Shown piece by piece: positions 58,806-64,000 of a DNA stretch of 64,000 bases. Both the position numbers and the translations under genes were made by a program. Where the stretch lies: the sequence record ON287372.1. One strand, 5' to 3'. Numbering within the stretch: position 1 is the stretch's first letter; each line of letters opens with the position of its first letter. Under the pieces are notes generated by a model that worked only from the letters and a program-made list of their open reading frames with translations, did not search any database and had not been told where the DNA came from.

Positions 58806-60430
58806 AAAAAACCTGTAGCGGGGTTGAACGGAACAATAACCGTGCTCTCTCCTTTTTTGTTCAGGTGATACTTACCGCAGCTCGGGCAGGATACGTTAGG
58901 GAAGCCAACGATAGCGCCGATGGAGTCATTGACGAAGTCATTGATTGCACCCATCAGTTCTGCTGCGCCTTTGGTATCGGCCGCCATTTGACGAAGGACG
59001 TTAATGATGGTGTCCATGTCTTGGATCAAGTAATAGCCGCCTTCATGGTCTTGAGAAGGGACTTTGATTTCCTTGATGTAATGAGCGAACCGGCACAGGT
59101 CTTCGGTAGACAATGCCGACTGGATTGCAGCTGCACGGCTCTCGCTGTCTTCGTAAGCTGAACGCAGGGACTCAGACAATGCGCGGTTAATGGAGCTGAT
59201 CCACTCACGGCCACGGGCCAGGTACTCATCTGCCGACGGATCGTTAAAGTAGAAAGTACGGCCGTTATATACCCAGCTAGACGTGTTCAGAATTTCGAAC
59301 TCTTCGTGATACGCTACCAAGTCATCCGGTTTAGATTGTACGTGGGAACCACGGCCCATCAGAACCAGTTGTTTAGCAGTGAAACGAGATTCGTCTACCC
59401 AGAACATACGCAGCGGGTTGGCGTGTACCGTTTGTACATCGTGACACTCTGCACATGGGATGGCGATTGGAGTGCCGTCAGGGAATGCCGACATTGCCAT
59501 ACCCCAGATGATTACCGGGATGTCGTTCTTAGAGATGAACTCTTTCAACTCCAGCGGGTTCTTAGAGAACGGCAGAGTTGAATGCGTCACCAGCTTCAAT
59601 GCTGCATCGAGCAGGATCTCATCGAACACCAGGGAATCGTTAGAACCTACAGCGCCGTTTGTATCCAGGCCAATCTCTTCACGAGAGAATGCCAGAGCAC
59701 GGTCGATCTCTGCCAGGTAAGCGCCAGTAGGTGCGCGCATGGTCAACCAGAAGCCGGAGTGCCACAGAGGGATCTGTACGGAGCGGCCCAGATTAGTGCC
59801 TGCCATGAACAGGTCGACTGCACCGTGACCGGATACAACCGCACCTTGCTCTTTGGTCAGAGCGAATTTATTACGGCGCGGACCCAAAGGGATGGAGGAG
59901 TTAGCCTGAGTCAGGTATTGCTTCCAACGACTACCAATACGGGTAGTGGCTTTGATCAAGCCTTCACCTGGGAACGCAGTATCCTGCGCCGCAGTACCCG
60001 TTAACAGGAACGGAAGAATGTCGATGTTGCTACTCTCTTCGTCCGTCATGCGTTCAGTTTTGTTGTTGAAATCATCCCGAGTAGTGCTCAGGATAGCCAT
60101 ACCAGACTGTACGCCGGTTTTAGAATTGATCAGATGATAAACATCATTCTGAACCGTTAGCGTGTCTTCTTCTACATTGTAGAGTGCATCTTCGGCAGGC
60201 TCTTTGATTTCCTTAGGAGTTTCTACTTCCTCCTCTTGTGCAGGCGCTTCCTCAGACGGCGCTGGTTGTTCAACCTGCATCGTTGCTGGAAGTTCCTCTG
60301 ATTCGATTTCGTAATCTTCGAAAACGTTACGTTTAGGAACATCAATCCCTGAAGCGGTGTCCAGAGGCTTAGTTTCTGGCTGATCCAGGGAGGGAGTAGC
60401 GTCGCTACCTTTTTCTAAATCGGTGCTCAT
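58691..60430 (-). CDS. Tail/baseplate-hub assembly chaperone (T4 gp26/gp51-like; phiKZ gp77-like)
   Basis: CAECH and CPSCGK Zn-knuckles; PFNPATGFF encoded over GGT TTT TTT; acidic N-terminus. Confidence 0.65.
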   Translation of the reverse strand: MSTDLEKGSDATPSLDQPETKPLDTASGIDVPKRNVFEDYEIESEELPATMQVEQPAPSEEAPAQEEEVETPKEIKEPAEDALYNVEEDTLTVQNDVYHLINSKTGVQSGMAILSTTRDDFNNKTERMTDEESSNIDILPFLLTGTAAQDTAFPGEGLIKATTRIGSRWKQYLTQANSSIPLGPRRNKFALTKEQGAVVSGHGAVDLFMAGTNLGRSVQIPLWHSGFWLTMRAPTGAYLAEIDRALAFSREEIGLDTNGAVGSNDSLVFDEILLDAALKLVTHSTLPFSKNPLELKEFISKNDIPVIIWGMAMSAFPDGTPIAIPCAECHDVQTVHANPLRMFWVDESRFTAKQLVLMGRGSHVQSKPDDLVAYHEEFEILNTSSWVYNGRTFYFNDPSADEYLARGREWISSINRALSESLRSAYEDSESRAAAIQSALSTEDLCRFAHYIKEIKVPSQDHEGGYYLIQDMDTIINVLRQMAADTKGAAELMGAINDFVNDSIGAIVGFPNVSCPSCGKYHLNKKGESTVIVPFNPATGFFTLAQHRIHVSGGIPLTNLRTLGVSALVTRVSESGQPE

Positions 60431-60828
60431 TCGGTTGGTTCCTTGTCTTCGGTAGATAGTACAATATCAGAGCAAATTGCCAGCGGCTCTAATACGGCTG
60501 GTAGTTTATTTACAAACTCGATTACGTTAAGTTTGTATTGACTGAAATCAGTCCCTGGAGGCAATGCTTCCAAGGAGGTTTTGAATTTGGCCAGATTAGT
60601 GGCAAAGGTATTGAACAGCGGGCCAATCGTATGAATAGCTCCGGAGAATTCTTCTACCTTATCTTCAGGTATTTTACCTTCCGTTTTTAACGACGTGTAA
60701 TAAGCCATTAACTTATAAACGTCGACGAGTTTCTGACGGATCGATTCGATTGTATCGAAGACTTCTTTACGGGCAGAAGTTTTGGTAACCTTCTTTACTT
60801 TATTACGAGACTTGGTACTTACAGGCAT
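60427..60828 (-). CDS. Hypothetical protein with basic N-terminus
   Basis: 133 aa; RBS AAGGA; ATGA overlap. Confidence 0.6.
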   Translation of the reverse strand: MPVSTKSRNKVKKVTKTSARKEVFDTIESIRQKLVDVYKLMAYYTSLKTEGKIPEDKVEEFSGAIHTIGPLFNTFATNLAKFKTSLEALPPGTDFSQYKLNVIEFVNKLPAVLEPLAICSDIVLSTEDKEPTE

Positions 60829-60921
60829 TTCATAATTCCTTATTTGAAATCGTTGAGTAAAAGACTACATCTCAATCGGTACCTATGTAAATATTTATTC
60901 AATCACCTTGAGGGTCATAAC

Positions 60922-61770
60922 GTGATCTTAGAAGACCTAATGAGTTTCATCGAAAAGACGAACTCACCTGAAAGGGTATCGGCATATAAAGGGTTACTCC
61001 CTTTCTTAATGCAATTAGACCCCTCGCTAATGGAAATGAACCTGTCTCAGTTCGTCGGGTTCATGGACGATTACGATACCATCAATAACCGTGAGCAATT
61101 GGATAACTTCCTTATTCAGGTTGTTTCTGAAGGTATTGAGGACTTCGGTATTTATCTTTCCGAGTCAGCCGATTACCGCGACTCCGTATTCCTTCTTGGA
61201 GACACCTTACGTGCTCTTTATCGTGTTGACCAATATGAAGACATGGCTGCATTGACTTCTATCCTTGAGGACGGAGTGAACGCCAAAGAGACGGTAGTTG
61301 AGATCCTCTCGGCTGTTTCTCCTGAACTGGACGTAAGCGCATTGCTCAACTATATCGATGAAGTATCGAGTTCCCTGGTGCGTCGTTGGAAAGATTCGTT
61401 CGCTGATCTTTCTTATCAATTCGATGATCAACTTCCGGCAGCAGAACCTCTGTTGGTAGAACGTGTTCGTCTGGCTCTTCAAGATCTCCAAATCGAAAGT
61501 GCACGTAACTACTTTACGGAAGGCGGTGTCATCGGTGAGCCTATCGATAACTACCTCGATTATTACCTGGGTTATCTCAAACCTAAGGATGATGTCATCC
61601 GTGCTAAGTTTGCGTTGTTCTCCGCCATCGCTGCTGATGCAGCTGCCGATGAAATTCGTTCTATTGCTGGGGCCAAAATGGAATACTATTATTCCGGCGC
61701 CGAGCTACTGAACGTAACACGTAAAATCTCTACCCTACCTTTACCGGAGTTCGTCTATGCTCAAGCGTGA
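60922..61770 (+). CDS. Conserved (probably virion) protein co-transcribed with the vRNAP subunit
   Basis: GTG 60922 has RBS GAGGGT and TATG at 60884-60887; the track's TTG start at 60844 is less likely. Confidence 0.55.
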   Translation: MILEDLMSFIEKTNSPERVSAYKGLLPFLMQLDPSLMEMNLSQFVGFMDDYDTINNREQLDNFLIQVVSEGIEDFGIYLSESADYRDSVFLLGDTLRALYRVDQYEDMAALTSILEDGVNAKETVVEILSAVSPELDVSALLNYIDEVSSSLVRRWKDSFADLSYQFDDQLPAAEPLLVERVRLALQDLQIESARNYFTEGGVIGEPIDNYLDYYLGYLKPKDDVIRAKFALFSAIAADAAADEIRSIAGAKMEYYYSGAELLNVTRKISTLPLPEFVYAQA

Positions 61771-63145
61771 TTATTTCCTTAAAGCGCTTCGTGCAGGTGC
61801 TTATCGATACAAGGAATGGATGGTCGAATGTTTCGCTATGGTTTCCTTGCCCGAGCGTCCACAACTCGATCGTATTATTACCGCACAGGCTTTAATGGCA
61901 GAGGATCCTTACAGTAAGATCGTTTACTCTAACGAACCTGAGCGCTACTCCTTTGAACGCTATCCTTATCAGCTGTTTAAAGAAGATGATAAAGTCGTGT
62001 TCTTCGATCGCGATGCGCAGGCCTGGGAACCTCTCCAAGAAGTCCGATTGAACTATCCGTTCTTCCGGTTCAAGGATGAGATTAGTCTCTCTAAAGGCGA
62101 CCTAGTTAACGTAGATCGTGATCTCGTCACCTGGTACGGAAACGTAGTAGTAAACCAAACTATCCTCTGTCACTCTTTCGGTGCTACGATTCCGTTCATG
62201 GCCGGTCAAATCAAAATCGGTGCGGTGGAATCTAAGATTGCGGAGTTACTGAACTCTACGCCGGAAGAAGGCGCGGAACGCGATCCTACCAAGATCTATA
62301 CGGATGACCTGGAAAAGAAATATTATCAGGCTGCCTATTCCGTAACGGGCTGGTGTCAAATCGCCACCCCTGCCGCTACGCCATACACCATCCTTACTGA
62401 TCCACGTATTCATCAGCGTCGTAAAGAGCTGTTGGAGCAATACAAAGGTCAAACTCACGATGCGACAGTTGTAGCGAAGATCATGGCTGAGTTACGTGAC
62501 ATGGACAAAGCGTTCCAAGATCAAGACCCTGAGAAAGGCTTCTTGAAGAACGGTAAGGACTTTGACATCACGCGTATGAAGTCTTACGTAATGCACGGTA
62601 TCGAACGTGACTTTAACGATCCGAACAAGATCACTGTTATCGATCGATCCCTGGCAGAGCAATGGGACATCAAACGTTTACCGCAGATGGCTAACTCCCT
62701 GATTGACGGCTCGTTTAACCGCGGATTCTTGACAGCGCTAGGTGGCGAGGCAGCGAAGTTCCTGTCTCGTTTCTTCCTGAACACCAACATCTCTGAGGAC
62801 GATTGCGGTTCCGTACTTGGGATAACTCACCTAATTGATAAAGACAATGCCGAGGGCTACTACTGGGCATACGCATTGGTCAATGGTAAGATGGTTCAGA
62901 TTACGCCGGATAACGTTTCGGAGTTTTACGGAAAAGCCACTGTAATGCGTTCTCCGCAGTTCTGTAATACCGTTGATGGTAACTTCTGCGTGAAGTGCCT
63001 TGGTGAGCGCTACGTCGATTCTAAGCAGGCTCTGAGCTCATTAGCAACCGAATCCGGTAACGTACTAATGAATATTTTCATGCAGTCCATGCATGGAAAG
63101 GCAGTTAAGGTTGAGAAATGGAATTGGCAACGTGACTTATTCTAA
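61757..63145 (+). CDS. Virion RNA polymerase beta' C-terminal subunit (phiKZ gp80-like)
   Basis: Bridge-helix-like TALGGEAAKF; Zn site EDDCGS...RSPQFC...CVKCLG; lacks the DxDGD catalytic motif, so it is the C-terminal fragment. Confidence 0.8.
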   Translation: MLKRDYFLKALRAGAYRYKEWMVECFAMVSLPERPQLDRIITAQALMAEDPYSKIVYSNEPERYSFERYPYQLFKEDDKVVFFDRDAQAWEPLQEVRLNYPFFRFKDEISLSKGDLVNVDRDLVTWYGNVVVNQTILCHSFGATIPFMAGQIKIGAVESKIAELLNSTPEEGAERDPTKIYTDDLEKKYYQAAYSVTGWCQIATPAATPYTILTDPRIHQRRKELLEQYKGQTHDATVVAKIMAELRDMDKAFQDQDPEKGFLKNGKDFDITRMKSYVMHGIERDFNDPNKITVIDRSLAEQWDIKRLPQMANSLIDGSFNRGFLTALGGEAAKFLSRFFLNTNISEDDCGSVLGITHLIDKDNAEGYYWAYALVNGKMVQITPDNVSEFYGKATVMRSPQFCNTVDGNFCVKCLGERYVDSKQALSSLATESGNVLMNIFMQSMHGKAVKVEKWNWQRDLF

Positions 63146-63185
63146 GTCCGTCTAGCCAAAAAAAATAGTTAACGCGAAGAATAGT

Positions 63186-63211
63186 CCAGAGTACCCCGAA
63201 GGGTACTCTGG
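63186..63211. terminator. Bidirectional terminator
   Basis: CCAGAGTACCC-CGAA-GGGTACTCTGG then CTATGTT. Confidence 0.8.
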
Positions 63212-63218
63212 CTATGTT

Positions 63219-63998
63219 CTATTTCTTAATTAAAGGGTCTTTATCTGATCCAACGTAATACGTGTTGGGATGATTAGTGGGATGGTTCATTTTATCCGAC
63301 AACGTACTATAATGCTTACCCAAAGCGTCGGCGGCTAGACGTAGAGAGCCGTAATGTACTCCATCGACTACGACAGCTTTCGAAGTAGTGCGGATTAACT
63401 TACTATCGTCTTCTATTTCTACTTTCTCCCAATTAGGGAATCTATTATCCTGGGCTCTCCTGACTACAGTAGATGAAGAAACTCCGTAAGCCTCTCCAGC
63501 TTCAGCTGCGGTAAAAAATACTTTACCATCTACCCGATAACCAGTCCGGTCTGAGCTCTTAGCGACTGTCTCTGAAACTTTTCCTGATTTAACATCGGGA
63601 TCATGTTCAGAACCGATCATGTACCACCCTGGGTAATTTTTATTAACTAACCTACGAGTAATACTAGACTGGTTGATACCGAGAATACGAGCACACTCTG
63701 AAGCAGATGGATACTTAATCCCATCGCCCATGATTGCTTTGGAAATAGCAGTGGCTGTATTCCGGATATGTTCCTCGGAGTTAGGTCTACCTTTCCGTAC
63801 TTCAGACATCTTGCGTTTAGTTTCTTCGGAAGCGACTTTACCCATCTTAGCTAGAGACATTTTACGGCGTGATTCTTCAGATTTAGGTACCCCTAAAGCA
63901 GGTGCCTCCGCAAGATCTCCTATGTTAAATACCGGTTGCTCTTTCTTTATCTGAGACAAAGCAACATTCTCTAACCAGAAAGGAGTCATGGTTTCAGT
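63219..63998 (-). mobile_element. Homing endonuclease with NUMOD3 and three NUMOD1-like repeats, 5' truncated (probably GIY-YIG)
   Basis: SEESRRKMS / SEETKRKMS / SEEHIRN repeats; G-x-x-[YF]-x-[ST]-x-x-[EL]-[AC]-A/G repeats; frame is open to the window edge; catalytic domain not visible. Confidence 0.75.
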
Positions 63999-64000
63999 GG

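Noticed and set aside
58853-58858. A-run (AAC AAA AAA GGA) as an alternative slippery site in the chaperone gene
   Set aside because: It does not form an in-frame X XXY YYZ heptamer; the U7 site downstream does.
20840-63145. Group I introns in the RNAP subunit genes, as known in phiKZ
   Set aside because: Both RNAP subunit ORFs in this window (20840..22459 and 61757..63145) are continuous and of expected size.
61757-63145. Calling this the non-virion beta' subunit (gp74-like)
   Set aside because: It lacks the DxDGD catalytic motif, and its size fits the virion beta' C-terminal fragment.

Overview
64 kb of a phiKZ-like (nucleus-forming, Chimalliviridae-type) jumbo myophage genome, densely coding with most genes on the minus strand. 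Orthology calls to phiKZ/SPN3US genes come from recalled motifs and gene order, not from a database search. In order, the window holds: baseplate spike (5' truncated); tail fibre cluster; nested spanin pair and holin candidate; tmk; ruvC; a family of virion proteins carrying L-x-G-[LF] motifs; portal; an early operon with a non-virion RNAP beta-like subunit; major capsid protein (MCP); DnaB-like helicase; a small early accessory island with a GNAT; neck/baseplate genes; an array of protease-matured inner-head paralogs; baseplate wedge; a HEXXH head protein; the N-half of a split family-B DNA polymerase; a second GNAT; a tail/hub assembly chaperone; a virion RNAP beta' C-terminal subunit; and a NUMOD homing endonuclease (5' truncated). 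There are three main leads. (1) The MCP UGA stop is followed in frame by 16 codons, ALEEAFENPLSGFDPA. This matches the L-x-G-F-D motif at the C-terminus or in tandem repeats of four other virion proteins, suggesting a readthrough-anchored, motif-based fibre/decoration assembly system. (2) A U7 slippery site at 58805-58811 would fuse the 579-aa chaperone to an otherwise poorly started ORF by a -1 frameshift. (3) Terminator-like hairpins are repeatedly followed by TAT(G/T), which includes the phiKZ late-promoter core TATG. No tRNA, CRISPR array or intron was found.
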